From an uncultured Candidatus Rokubacteria bacterium (lineage in GTDB: Bacteria > Methylomirabilota > Methylomirabilia > Rokubacteriales > CSP1-6), in contig CAVWWD010000003.1 of NCBI GenBank assembly GCA_963758635.1, positions 448,001-512,000 of the forward strand: 64,000 nt of DNA. The letters are read 5' to 3'. Of the stretch, positions 42,167 to 52,276 are shown in pieces; the first letter of the stretch is position 1; the number at the start of each line of letters is the position of its first letter. A model generated the notes under the pieces. That model saw only the letters and a list, made by a program, of their open reading frames with translations. It ran no database searches and was not told the DNA's origin. The position numbers and the translations under genes were made by a program.

Positions 42167-45162
42167 ATGTTCGAGAGACCAGGACCGCTGGACTTCGTGG
42201 CCATCGCCCGCGACACGCTCGCCCAGTGGGATCGCGACCGCGTGTTCGAGCGCCTCGTCGCCCAGAACCGCGGCGGCCCGCGCTTTTCGTTCCTCGACGG
42301 GCCGATCACCGCCAACAACCCCATGGGCGTCCACCACGCGCGGGGCCGCACGTACAAGGACGTCTTCCAGCGCTACAAGGCGATGTGCGGCTTCGACCAG
42401 CGCTACCAGAACGGCTTCGACTGCCAGGGCCTCTGGGTCGAGGTCGAGGTGGAGAAAGCGCTCGGGCTGAACGACAAGCGCGCCATCGAGGAGATGGGGC
42501 TCGAGGCCTTCGCGCGCGCGTGCCGCGAGCGCGTGGTCCGCTTCGCCGCGCAGCAGACCGAGCAGTCACGCCGCCTCGGCCAGTGGATGGACTGGGACCG
42601 CTCGTACTTCACCATGGCGGACGACAACGTCGCGCACATCTGGCACTTCCTCCGGCGATGCCACGAGCGCGGCTGGATCGTGCGCGGCCACCGCGTCATG
42701 CCGTGGTGCACGCGCTGCGGCACGTCGATCTCGCAGCACGAGATGCTCGAGTCGCACGCGGAGCTGACGCACCCGTCCGTGGTCGTGGCCTTCCCCGTGA
42801 AGGATCGCGAGGGCAGCTTCCTCCTCGCGTGGACCACCACGCCGTGGACGCTGCCCGCCAACGTCGCCCTCGCCGTGCACCCGGAGCTGGCCTACGAGGC
42901 CGTGCAGGTGGGCGACCGGCGCTACTACGTGGCCGCGGCGGCCCGCCCGCGCCTGCCCGGCTTCACCGACGTGCGCGAGCGCCTGCCCGGCGCCGCCCTC
43001 GTGGGATGGCGCTACGCGGGGCCCTTCGACGACCTGCCCGCGCAGCAGGGCGTCGAGCATCGGGTGATCGAGTGGGACCAGGTGGCGGCGGACGAGGGCA
43101 CGGGCATCGTGCACATCGCCCCGGGCTGCGGCGAGGAGGACTTCGAGCTGGGCCGGCGCGACGGCCTCGCCGTCCTCGCGCCCGCCGACGAGGGCGGCGG
43201 CTACGTCGCCGGCTACGGTCCGCTCGAGGGCAAGCGCGTGGCCGAGGTGGCGCCCGAGATCGCATCGCGCCTGCGCGCCGCCGGCCTCCTCGTGCGCGAG
43301 GCTCCGCATCGCCACCGGTACCCGACGTGCTGGCGCTGCGGGCACGAGCTGATCTTCCGCGTGGTCGACGAGTGGTTCATCCGCGCCGACGAGGTGCGCC
43401 CCCGCGCCCTCGCCGCCAACGCGGGCGTGACGTGGCTGCCCGAGCACATGCGGCCTTCGCATGAACGACTGGCTCACGAACATGGGCGACTGGTGCATCT
43501 CGCGCAAGCGCTACTGGGGCCTGCCGCTGCCGTTCTACCCGTGCGGCGACTGCGGGCGGCTGACCGTGGTGGGCTCGCGGGCGGAGCTGCGCGCGCTCGC
43601 CGTGGACCCGGCGGCCGTGGACGCGCTGGAGGAGCTCCACCGGCCGTGGATCGACGCCGTCGCCGTCCGCTGCCCGGGCTGCGGCTCATCCGTGGCGCGG
43701 GTCGCCGAGGTCGGCGACTGCTGGCTCGACGCGGGCATCGTGCCCTTCTCCACGCTGCCGTACCTGACGGATCGCGAGGCGTGGGCGCGCTGGTTCCCGG
43801 CCGATCTCGTGGTGGAGATGGCGGCGCAGATCCGCGGCTGGTTCTACGCGCTCCTGTTCATGTCCGTGGCCCTCGAGGACCGCGCGCCGTACCGCGTGGT
43901 GGTGGCCCACGACCGCGTGCTCGGCGAGGACGGGCGCGAGATGCACAAGAGCTGGGGCAACGCGGTGTGGCTGGACGAGGCGCTCGACCGGATGGGGCCG
44001 GACGCCGTCCGCTACCTGTTCGCCGCGCACCCCATGGCCGATCCGATCCGCTTCGGCGAGGGCGCGGCGCGCGAGGTGACGCGCCGGTTCCTCACGCTCT
44101 GGAACGTGCTCGGGCTGTTCGTGACGTACGCGAACCTCGACCGCCCGGCGCTCGCCCCGGATGCCGCCGCGCCGAGCGGCGCCGAGGGGCTCGAGGCGTG
44201 GATCCTCTCGCGCCTGCAGACGACCGTGCGCGAGGTGCGGGGCGCGCTCGACGCGTACCAGCTCCGCCGGGCCCTCGCGGCGATCGAGGACTTCGTGCAG
44301 GAGGACCTGTCGAACTGGTACGTGCGGCGGCGCCGGCGGTGGTTCTGGAAGGGGGAGATGTCGGCGGACAAGGCGCAGGCGTACCGGACGCTCCACCACG
44401 TGCTGGTGCGCGTGGCGCAGCTCCTGGCGCCGGTGACGCCGTTCGTGGCCGAGCGCATGTACCGCACGCTCCTGGGCGACGGAGGCGGCCGGCGCGGAGG
44501 GGCTCGGCGCGGCCGCGGGCGGGATGCCGCCGAGCGTGCACCTCACCCGCTTCCCGGAGGCCGATCCCCGCCTCGAGCGGCCCGATCTCGAGGCCGCGGT
44601 GGCGTTCGTCCGCCGCGCGGCCACGCTCGGCCTCGCCGTGCGCAACGCCGCCGGTGTCCGCGTGCGCCAGCCGCTGGCGCGCGCCGTGGTGCGCGGCCCC
44701 GCGCCCCTGGTCGCGTGGCTTCCCACGTTCGCGGCGGACCTGGCCGACGAGCTGAACGTGGAGGCGGTGGAGGCCGTGGCCACCGACGGCGACGCGCCGT
44801 GGGCGCCGGCCGAGGGCGCGCGCGCGGCCACGGAGGGAGACCTGACCGTCGCCCTCGACCTCGCGCTCACCGACGGCCTCCGGCGCAAGGGGCTCGTGCG
44901 ACAGCTCGTGCACCAGGTCCAGCTCCTGAGGAAGTCGGCGGGCCTCGACGTGGACGACCGGATCCGGCTCGCCGTCGCGGCCGGCCCGGAGAGCCACGCC
45001 GCGTTCGACGAGCACCGCGACTACATCTGCGCCGAGACGCTCGCCCTCGACCTGGTGTTCGGCCCCGCGCCCCCGGGCTTCGTGAGCCGTGACGTGCGGC
45101 TCGACGCCGGCCCCGTCACCCTGGCCCTCGCGCGAGCGGACCGCCAGCAGGCGGCGTCCTGA
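42167..45162 (+). CDS. ileS: Isoleucyl-tRNA synthetase, type 2; frameshifts near 43455 and 44500
   Basis: DGPITANNPMGVHH, GFDCQGL, AWTTTPWTLPAN, GTGIVHIAP, DWCISRKRYWG, EMHKS, LSNWYVRR. Confidence 0.95.
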
Positions 45163-45172
45163 CGGTCGCTCG

Positions 45173-45226
45173 TTCGGCGATCACGACTTCACGAGTGCCG
45201 ATGAAGGAATACCATCGGCAGGTCAC
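45173..45226 (-). pseudogene. Decayed N-terminal stub of a VapC/PIN toxin
   Basis: SSALVK and VIAE in adjacent frames, directly after the antitoxin stop (GTGA overlap). Confidence 0.5.
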
Positions 45227-45496
45227 CGCTCGCGAGATCGAGAGCGGGCGAGGACGGTGCTGGGCAGCGGCCGGCCGCCGAGGGGCGCCAAGGGCCGGCC
45301 GAGGCCGAGGAGATCGCCGGTCGGGGGGATCACCCGCCCGCGGCGCACGAGGCGCTCGACGTGTCCCGCGCCTCGGAGAGGCACCAGCAGGGCCACCGGC
45401 CGACCGCGCACGGTGATCTCCACGCTGTGCCCGGCCTCGACCTAGCTAGGTATTCCTGGCGCGCTGGCGGAGCTCGCGTACGCCGATGGATTTCAT
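45223..45496 (-). pseudogene. Phd/YefM antitoxin disrupted near 45445-45460
   Basis: MKSIGVRELRQRA...VEAGHSVEITVRGRPVALLVP. Confidence 0.8.
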
Positions 45497-45499
45497 GGT

Positions 45500-45512
45500 G
45501 CTACATTGTAGC
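45500..45512. promoter_or_regulatory. Palindromic operator overlapping a TACAAT -10 of the antitoxin
   Basis: GCTACA-T-TGTAGC. Confidence 0.6.
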
Positions 45513-45537
45513 CTCACCCTCTGCCCCGACCGCTGCG

Positions 45538-46935
45538 TCAGAGCGGCCAGCCGCTGTCCTCCACCACGCGGGCCACGCGGTCGAGCTCCGCGTCCACCAC
45601 CGCCGGCCACGCGGAGGCCTGACCGCGCCAGCCGAGGCGCTCGAGGAAGCGCTGGCGGTAGGCGGCGTCGTCCATGAGGCCGTGGAGGTACACACCCCAC
45701 ACGTTGCCGGCCTGCCAGCCGAGGCCGTCGCCCAGGTGCGCGGAGAGCGCGGGGCCGGCCTCCGTCCGTCCGTGGTGGATCTCGTAGCCCGCGACCTCGC
45801 CGCCGTCCATCCAGCGCGCGGTGCGCTGCCGCGTGACCTTCTCCGGGCCGAGCGTGGTGACCAGGTCGAGGAGGCCCAGGCCGGGCGCGTCGCCGCCCTC
45901 GACGCCGTCGGGGTCGCGGATCTCGCGCCCGAGGATCTGGAGGCCGCCGCACACGCCGAGCACGGGAATGCCCGCGCGCGCCGCGCGCGTGACCTGGGCG
46001 GCCAGGCCCGTCTCGCGCAGGAAGCCGAGGCTCGCCACCGTGTGCTTGCTGCCGGGCAGCACGATGGCGTCGAACGCGTCGAGGGCCGTGGCCTCGCGCA
46101 CCGGCACGAGCTGCACGCCCGGCTCGAAGCGGAGCGCGTCGAACTCGTCGAGGTTCGACGCGTACGGATAGGCGATCAGCGCGATGTTGATCGCGTCGCG
46201 CGCCGGCGACGCGCGGTGGTGCAGGGTGTCCTCCTCGGGCAGCCGGTGCCGGATCATCGGGACGAGGGCGACGGTGGGCACGCCGGTGCGCGCGCGGAGC
46301 CACTCGCGCGCGTCGCCCAGCAGCGAGGGGTCGCCGCGGAACTTGTTCAGGACGAAGCCGCGGACGCGCGCCTGCTCCTCGGGGGCGAGGCACTGCCAGG
46401 TCCCCAGGAGGTGGGCGAAGGCGCCGCCGCGGTCGATGTCGGCCACCAGGTACACGTCGGCCCGCGCCTCGAGCGCGACCCGCATGTTCACGATGTCGGT
46501 GGCGCGGAGGTTCACCTCGGCCGGGCTGCCCGCGCCCTCGATCACCACCTGCTCGTACTCGGCGAGGAGCCCGTGGAGCGCGGCGCGCACCGCGGGCCAG
46601 AGCGTCTCCGCGCGCTCGCCCCACGGCAGGCCGCTCGCGTGCGCGTCCACCTTCCCCATGACGACGGCCTGGCTCGCGGTGTCGGACATGGGCTTGAGGA
46701 GCACGGGGTTCATGCGCGGCTCGGGCACGACCCGCGCGGCCAGGGCCTGGAGGTACTGGGCGCGGCCGATCTCGCCGCCGCCGGCGGTGACGGCGGCGTT
46801 GTTGCTCATGTTCTGGGCCTTGAAGGGCGCCACCCGCACGCCGCGGTTGGCGAGGGCGCGGCAGAGGCCGGCGACGAGGAACGACTTGCCGGCGTCGCTC
46901 GTGCACCCCATGACCATGATCGGGGGGCGGCGCAC
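45538..46935 (-). CDS. cobQ: Cobyric acid synthase
   Basis: GCTSDAGKS, PFKAQNMSNN, MNPVLLKP, EGAGSPAEVNL, GVCGGLQ, GYEIHHG, YLHGL. Confidence 0.95.
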   Translation of the reverse strand: MRRPPIMVMGCTSDAGKSFLVAGLCRALANRGVRVAPFKAQNMSNNAAVTAGGGEIGRAQYLQALAARVVPEPRMNPVLLKPMSDTASQAVVMGKVDAHASGLPWGERAETLWPAVRAALHGLLAEYEQVVIEGAGSPAEVNLRATDIVNMRVALEARADVYLVADIDRGGAFAHLLGTWQCLAPEEQARVRGFVLNKFRGDPSLLGDAREWLRARTGVPTVALVPMIRHRLPEEDTLHHRASPARDAINIALIAYPYASNLDEFDALRFEPGVQLVPVREATALDAFDAIVLPGSKHTVASLGFLRETGLAAQVTRAARAGIPVLGVCGGLQILGREIRDPDGVEGGDAPGLGLLDLVTTLGPEKVTRQRTARWMDGGEVAGYEIHHGRTEAGPALSAHLGDGLGWQAGNVWGVYLHGLMDDAAYRQRFLERLGWRGQASAWPAVVDAELDRVARVVEDSGWPL

Positions 46936-46955
46936 GAGGACGCCCGGGCGATCGG

Positions 46956-48296
46956 TCAGCCGAGGAAGTCCCGGCAGAGCGCGTCCCACATGGTGGCGGA
47001 CAGCCGGAGGCTCTCCGTGTCCACGCGCTCGTCGTTGCCGTGGAACATCGCCGGGTACTCGGTGTAGGGGATGCGCATCGAGTGCAGGCCGAACCCGTAC
47101 GAGGGGATGCCGCGCCACCGGAAGAAGCGCGCGTCGGTCCCGCCCGTGGTGAGCGAGGGCACCACGCGGCTGCCCGGCATCAGCGTGCCGGCGACGCGGC
47201 GGATCGCGTCGGCCAGCGGCGTGTCGAACGAGGACATGGAGCCGTCCCACGGCTTGCCGGTGATCTCCACGCGGTCGGCCAGGTCGCCGAGGGCGTGGCG
47301 CAGCATGGCCAGCAGCTCCTCGTTGGTCACGCCGGGCAGCGTGCGGATGTCCACCTCGACCTCCACGCGATCGGGGATCACGTTCACCTTGGTGCCGCCG
47401 TGGACCACGTTGGGCGAGAACGTGGTGTGGGTGCAGGCGTGCGCCTCGCGCGCCAGCGGCATGTTGTCGAGGTCGCGCGCCGCTTCCCAGACGCGGTCGG
47501 GATCGGTGAGGGCGGCGGTCAGCTCGGCGTCGAGGCCGAGCGACTCCACCGACTGCCGCCAGACGTCGAGGATCTGCGCCTTGGGCCGGTACTCGGCCAG
47601 GCGCTGGACGACGCACGCCGCGGTGACCAGGGCGTTGTCGGTGCGGAACGGGCGCGAGCCGTGCCCGGGCGTGCCCTTGATGACGATCTTCCGCCAGTTG
47701 GCGCCCTTCTCGCCGACGGTGGCGCGGAGCACCGGACCCGACGGGGTGGGGATGGGCACGCCGCCGCTCTCCGTGATGACGTAGTCGCACTTCACCGCCT
47801 CGGACTCGCGCTTCACCATGTGGTCGGCGCCGTAGTCGCCGCCCGCCTCCTCGTCGGCCACGGCCAGGTAGATGAGCGTGCCGCGCGGCCGCCAGTCGCT
47901 CTTGGCGAGCCGGCGCGTGGCCACCGCCATCGTCGAGGTCAGGTTGAGCATGTCGATGGCGCCGCGGCCCCACACCACGCCGTCGACCAGCTCGCCGCCG
48001 AACGGGTCGCGGCTCCAGCCCGCGGGGTTCACGGGGACGACGTCGGTGTGGCCCATCAGGAGGAGCGTCGGCGCCTTCGGGTCGCTGCCCTCGATGCGCG
48101 TGATCAGGCTCGTGCGCCCGGGCGAGCTGGTGTAGCGCTCGACGGACAGCCCCGAGCCCGCGAAGAAGTCCTCGAGCGCGTCCACGCTGCGCGTCTCCTG
48201 GCCCGAGGCCTCGGTGCCGTCGTTGACGCACGCGTTCCGGATGAGGGTGCGCAGCAGCTCCGTCGCCTGGGTCTCCACCGCCTGCTCGTCGCTCAC
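46956..48296 (-). CDS. M20/M25/M40 family metallo-hydrolase
   Basis: GHTDVVP, WGRGAIDM, ADEEAGG, GHGS, HGNDER. Confidence 0.92.
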   Translation of the reverse strand: MSDEQAVETQATELLRTLIRNACVNDGTEASGQETRSVDALEDFFAGSGLSVERYTSSPGRTSLITRIEGSDPKAPTLLLMGHTDVVPVNPAGWSRDPFGGELVDGVVWGRGAIDMLNLTSTMAVATRRLAKSDWRPRGTLIYLAVADEEAGGDYGADHMVKRESEAVKCDYVITESGGVPIPTPSGPVLRATVGEKGANWRKIVIKGTPGHGSRPFRTDNALVTAACVVQRLAEYRPKAQILDVWRQSVESLGLDAELTAALTDPDRVWEAARDLDNMPLAREAHACTHTTFSPNVVHGGTKVNVIPDRVEVEVDIRTLPGVTNEELLAMLRHALGDLADRVEITGKPWDGSMSSFDTPLADAIRRVAGTLMPGSRVVPSLTTGGTDARFFRWRGIPSYGFGLHSMRIPYTEYPAMFHGNDERVDTESLRLSATMWDALCRDFLG

Positions 48297-48317
48297 GCTC
48301 TCGCCTCCTGGGGATCA

Positions 48318-48410
48318 GGTTGTGACGGACGCAGATTCGACTTCGCCGTGCGGGCCAACACCGCGATTCTGCGTCCACTCGCGGCGCCACCTCGCCAATT
48401 CATTCAAACT
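48318..48410. repeat. ~90-bp dispersed intergenic element, copy A
   Basis: Shares exact GCGGGCCAACACCGCGATTCTGCGT and GGTTGTGA start with 58478-58572. Confidence 0.85.
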
Positions 48411-48494
48411 GGTGATACCGGATCGGGCCGGACGCGGCTCAGCGCCGGCGCCGCCTTGACCGGGCGGCGGGCCTCATCATACCGTCTCCGCGGG

Positions 48495-49377
48495 ATGACG
48501 GGCGCGCCGATCACGCCACGACGCAGCGTGCTGTTCATGCCCGCGTCGAACGCCCGCGCGCTGGAGAAGGCGCGCACGCTCGACGCGGACGCGCTCGCCT
48601 TCGACCTGGAGGACGCGGTGGCGCCCGCCGCCAAGACCGAGGCGCGCGCGCTCGCCGTGGCGGCGGCGGGGAGCGGCGGCTACGGCTCGCGCGAGGTGGT
48701 GGTGCGCGTCAACGCGCTGGCCACGCCGTGGGGACGCGACGACCTCGGCGCGGTGGCGCGGTCGGGCCTGGACGCCGTGCTCCTGCCGAAGGTGGAGTCG
48801 CCGGCCGAGGCGCGCGAGGCGCTGGCCGTCCTCGCCGCGGCCGGCGCGCCCGCGTCCGTCTCGGCTCTGGTGCATGCTCGAGACGCCGCGCGGCATCCTG
48901 GCCGCCGACGCCATCGCCGGGGCCGACCCGCGCGTGGGCGCGCTCGTGATGGGCACCTCGGACCTGACCAAGGACCTCCGGGCGCGCCACGTGCCCGGCC
49001 GCCAGCCGATGCTGACCAGCCTCGGGCTGTGCGTCCTCGCCGCGCGCGCCCACGGCATCGCCGCGCTGGACGGCGTCCACCTGGACCTGGCCGACGACGA
49101 GGGCTTCGCCGCGGCGTGCCGCCAGGCCCGCGACATGGGGTTCGACGGGAAGACCCTGATCCACCCGAAGCAGCTCGCCGTCGCCAACGCGGCCTTCGCG
49201 CCCAGCGCGGAGGAGATCGACTGGGCGCGCCGCGTGATCGCCGCGCACGCCGAGGCCGAGCGCGCCGGGCGCGGCGTGGTGCTCTCGACGGCCGGCTCGT
49301 GGAGAACCTCCACGTCGAGGACGCCCACCGCGTCGCGCGCCTGGCCGAGGCGATCGCTTCCGCCGCGGCAGCCCTGA
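48495..49377 (+). CDS. CoA ester lyase (CitE/malyl-CoA lyase family); frameshifts, 3' end approximate
   Basis: RRSVLFMP, DLEDAV, VRVN, LPKVES, MLETP, GTSDL, GKTLIHP. Confidence 0.9.
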
Positions 49378-49384
49378 CTCTCCC

Positions 49385-50780
49385 TCGCAGACCGGTCCGG
49401 CGGCCGCCGCGCCGGTGCCACTCCGTGGCCCGCTCGTAGGCGTGGCCCGCCCGGAGCACGGTGGCCTCGTCGAAGGGCCGTCCCGCGAGCTGGAGCGACA
49501 GCGGCAGCCCGCCGGGCGAGAAGCCGCAGGGAAGCGCGAGCGCGGGCAGCCCCGTCATGTTGAACGGCGGCATGTTGCTCCGCGCGAACGGGAAGTCGGG
49601 GTCCCACACCGTGGCGAAGGACGGCGCGGCGACGATGGCGGTGGGGCTCGCCAGGAGGTCCACCTCGCGCAGCACCGCGTCCACCGACGCGCGCATGCGC
49701 GCCCGGAGCCTGAGCGCCTGGACGTACTCCGCGCCGGTGAAGAGCCCGCCGATCATCATCTTCTCGCGCAGCACGTCTCCGAAGAGCTCGGGCCGCCGGC
49801 GCAGGTCCGCCTCGTGGTACGCGAACGCCTCGGTGAGCATGATGACCATGAACGCGGGCGAGTCGGCGACGTGGGGGACCTCGACGCTCCGCACGTCCGC
49901 GCCGAGCTTGCCGAGCGCACGCACCGCCTCCTCGAAGGCCGACGCCATCTCCGGCGCTATCCCGTCGTGGAAGTACGCGCGCGGCACGCCGATGCGCAGC
50001 CCCTTCACGCCGCCCCCGATGCCCGACACGTAGTCGCCGACGGGCGCGGGGCTCGACGCCGGGTCGGTGGCGTCGTATCCGGCCAGCGCCTGCAGCAGGT
50101 ACGCGCAGTCCTCGACGGTGCGGGCCATCGGCCCGGTGTGGTCGAGCGTCCAGGACAGCGGCACCACGCCGGCCCGGCTCACGCGGCCGTACGTGGGCTT
50201 GAGCCCGGCGATGCCGCAGAACGCCGCCGGCCCGCGGATGGAGCCGCCCGTGTCCGAGCCGAGCGCGCCCACGGTGAGCCCGGCGGCGAGCGCGGCGCCG
50301 GAGCCGCTGGAGGAGCCGCCCGGGATGTGGTCCGTGTTCCACGGGTTGCGGGCGGCGGGGAAGCGATGGCTCGGGAACTGGATGCCGAAGGCGAACTCGT
50401 GGGTGATGAGCTTGCCGAGCATCACCATGCCCGCGTCCTGGAGCCGCGTCACGCACGTCGAGTCCTGGGTGGGCACCCAGTCGGCGAGGAGCGCCGAGCC
50501 CGCGGTGGTCAGGATGCCGCGCGTCGCGTAGAGGTCCTTGTACGCGATGGGCACGCCGGCGAGCGGGCCCGGCGTTGCCGCCGCGGATGGCCGCCTCGGC
50601 CGCGCGCGCGTCGGCGAGCGCCCGCTCCGCCGTGACCGTGAGGAAGGCGTGCAGCGTCTTGTCGATCCGCTCGATGCGCCGGAGGCAGTCGGTCGCGTAC
50701 TCGACGGGCGACAGCTCGCGGCTCCGGAAGAGCCGCGAGAGCTCGGCGACGCCCGCGTAGGCCAGGTCAGGCGCGGCCAC
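49385..50780 (-). CDS. Amidase signature enzyme (GatA-like); frameshift near 50572, 3' end approximate
   Basis: PIAYKD, PGGSSSGS, GSDTGGSIRGPA, GLKPTYGRVS. Confidence 0.92.
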
Positions 50781-50985
50781 GGCGATGCTCCTCGGCGGCG
50801 GCGTCGAAGGTGACCGCGGGCTCGAGCGGCTGGGCGTCGCGGGGATCCACCGCGCGAAGCGGCCGGAGCGCGTCGGCCAGGAAGCGCTGGACGAGGCGCT
50901 CGCGCGCCTCCGGGATGGGCAGACCGCTCAGGCGGATCCGCGCGCGCGTCTCCTCGAGCGTGATGTCGGGCGTGCTCTCGGGCAT
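50767..50985 (-). CDS. Small GatC/AtzG-like partner of the amidase
   Basis: 72 aa, GL.IP..R helix and EPAVTF end; overlaps the amidase start. Confidence 0.6.
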   Translation of the reverse strand: MPESTPDITLEETRARIRLSGLPIPEARERLVQRFLADALRPLRAVDPRDAQPLEPAVTFDAAAEEHRRGRA

Positions 50986-51223
50986 GGCGACCTCCTCCGC
51001 CCGGCCGGGCTCGACCTCGCCGCGCCGGGCTCGTGGTGACTGGCATGCTACCGGCGCCCGCGCGCGGCCACAAGGGCCACGCGGAGCGGAACGCGGCGGC
51101 CGGCTTGACGATGTCGGCGTCGGCAGCGCATAGTCCGCCCGACGCGCGACGACCGCGGCGGCCGCGGCCCCGCGCTCCCGTCACCCGAAAGGACCCTTCG
51201 CTCGTGCCACGAGGAGACATCGC

Positions 51224-52276
51224 ATGAACGCATCGATCTCACGTCGTGGCGTCCGGAGCCTCGTGCTGGCCGGCGCCGTCGCGCTCCTCGCCGCGTCCGG
51301 CGCCGCTCCCGCGCGCGCCCAGGGCACGCTCACGCTCTACTGCAGCGTCCAGCTCGAGTGGTGCCAGGCGGTGGCCAACGAGTTCGGGCGGCAGACGGGC
51401 ATCCGCGTGGCCATGACCCAGAAGGGCTCGGGCGAGGTCTTCGCGCAGGTCAAGGCGGAGGCGGCGAACCCGAAGGCCGACGTGTGGTTCGGCGGCACCG
51501 GCGACCCGCATCTCCAGGCCGCGGAGGAGAACCTCACCGTGGCCTACACGTCGCCGAACCTGGCCCAGCTCCATCCGTGGGCGGTGCGCCAGGCCGAGCA
51601 GTCGGGCTTCCGCACCGTCGGGATCTACGCCGGCGCGCTCGGCTTCAGCTACAACACCGAGATCCTCAAGAAGAAGGGCCTCGATCCGCCGCGGTGCTGG
51701 TCGGATCTGCTGAAGCCCGGCTTCAAGGGCGAGATCCAGATGGCGAACCCGAACTCCTCGGGCACCGCCTACACCGCGGTGGCGACGCTGGTGCAGGTGA
51801 TGGGCGAGGGGCCCGCCTTCGAGTACCTCAAGAAGCTCCACGCGAGCATCAACCAGTACACGAAGTCCGGCGTGGGGCCGGTCAAGGCGGCGGCGCGCGG
51901 CGAGACGACGGTGGGGATCAGCTTCGTGCACGACGTCGTCACCGAGGTGCAGGCCGGCTTCCCGGTGGCGAGCGCCACGCCGTGCGAGGGCACGGGCTAC
52001 GAGATCGGGTCGCTCAGCATCGTGAACCGCGCGCGGAACCTGGACGGCGCCAGGCGCTTCGTGGACTGGGCCCTCACCCCGCCGGCGCAGGCGCTCGGCG
52101 CGAAGAGCAAGCAGTTCCAGGTGCCGTCCAACCGCGGCTCGGAGATCCCGAAGGAAGCGCCGAAGCTCGCGGAGATGAAGCTCATCGACTACGACTTCAA
52201 GAAGTACGGATCCTCCGCGGAGCGCCGGCGGCTCCTCGAGAAGTGGGACAAGGAGGTCAACGCGCTCCCGCGGTGA
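51224..52276 (+). CDS. ABC substrate-binding protein (AfuA/Fe3+-type family)
   Basis: DVWFGGTGDPH, NPNSSGTAY, PCEGTGYEIG. Confidence 0.92.
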   Translation: MNASISRRGVRSLVLAGAVALLAASGAAPARAQGTLTLYCSVQLEWCQAVANEFGRQTGIRVAMTQKGSGEVFAQVKAEAANPKADVWFGGTGDPHLQAAEENLTVAYTSPNLAQLHPWAVRQAEQSGFRTVGIYAGALGFSYNTEILKKKGLDPPRCWSDLLKPGFKGEIQMANPNSSGTAYTAVATLVQVMGEGPAFEYLKKLHASINQYTKSGVGPVKAAARGETTVGISFVHDVVTEVQAGFPVASATPCEGTGYEIGSLSIVNRARNLDGARRFVDWALTPPAQALGAKSKQFQVPSNRGSEIPKEAPKLAEMKLIDYDFKKYGSSAERRRLLEKWDKEVNALPR

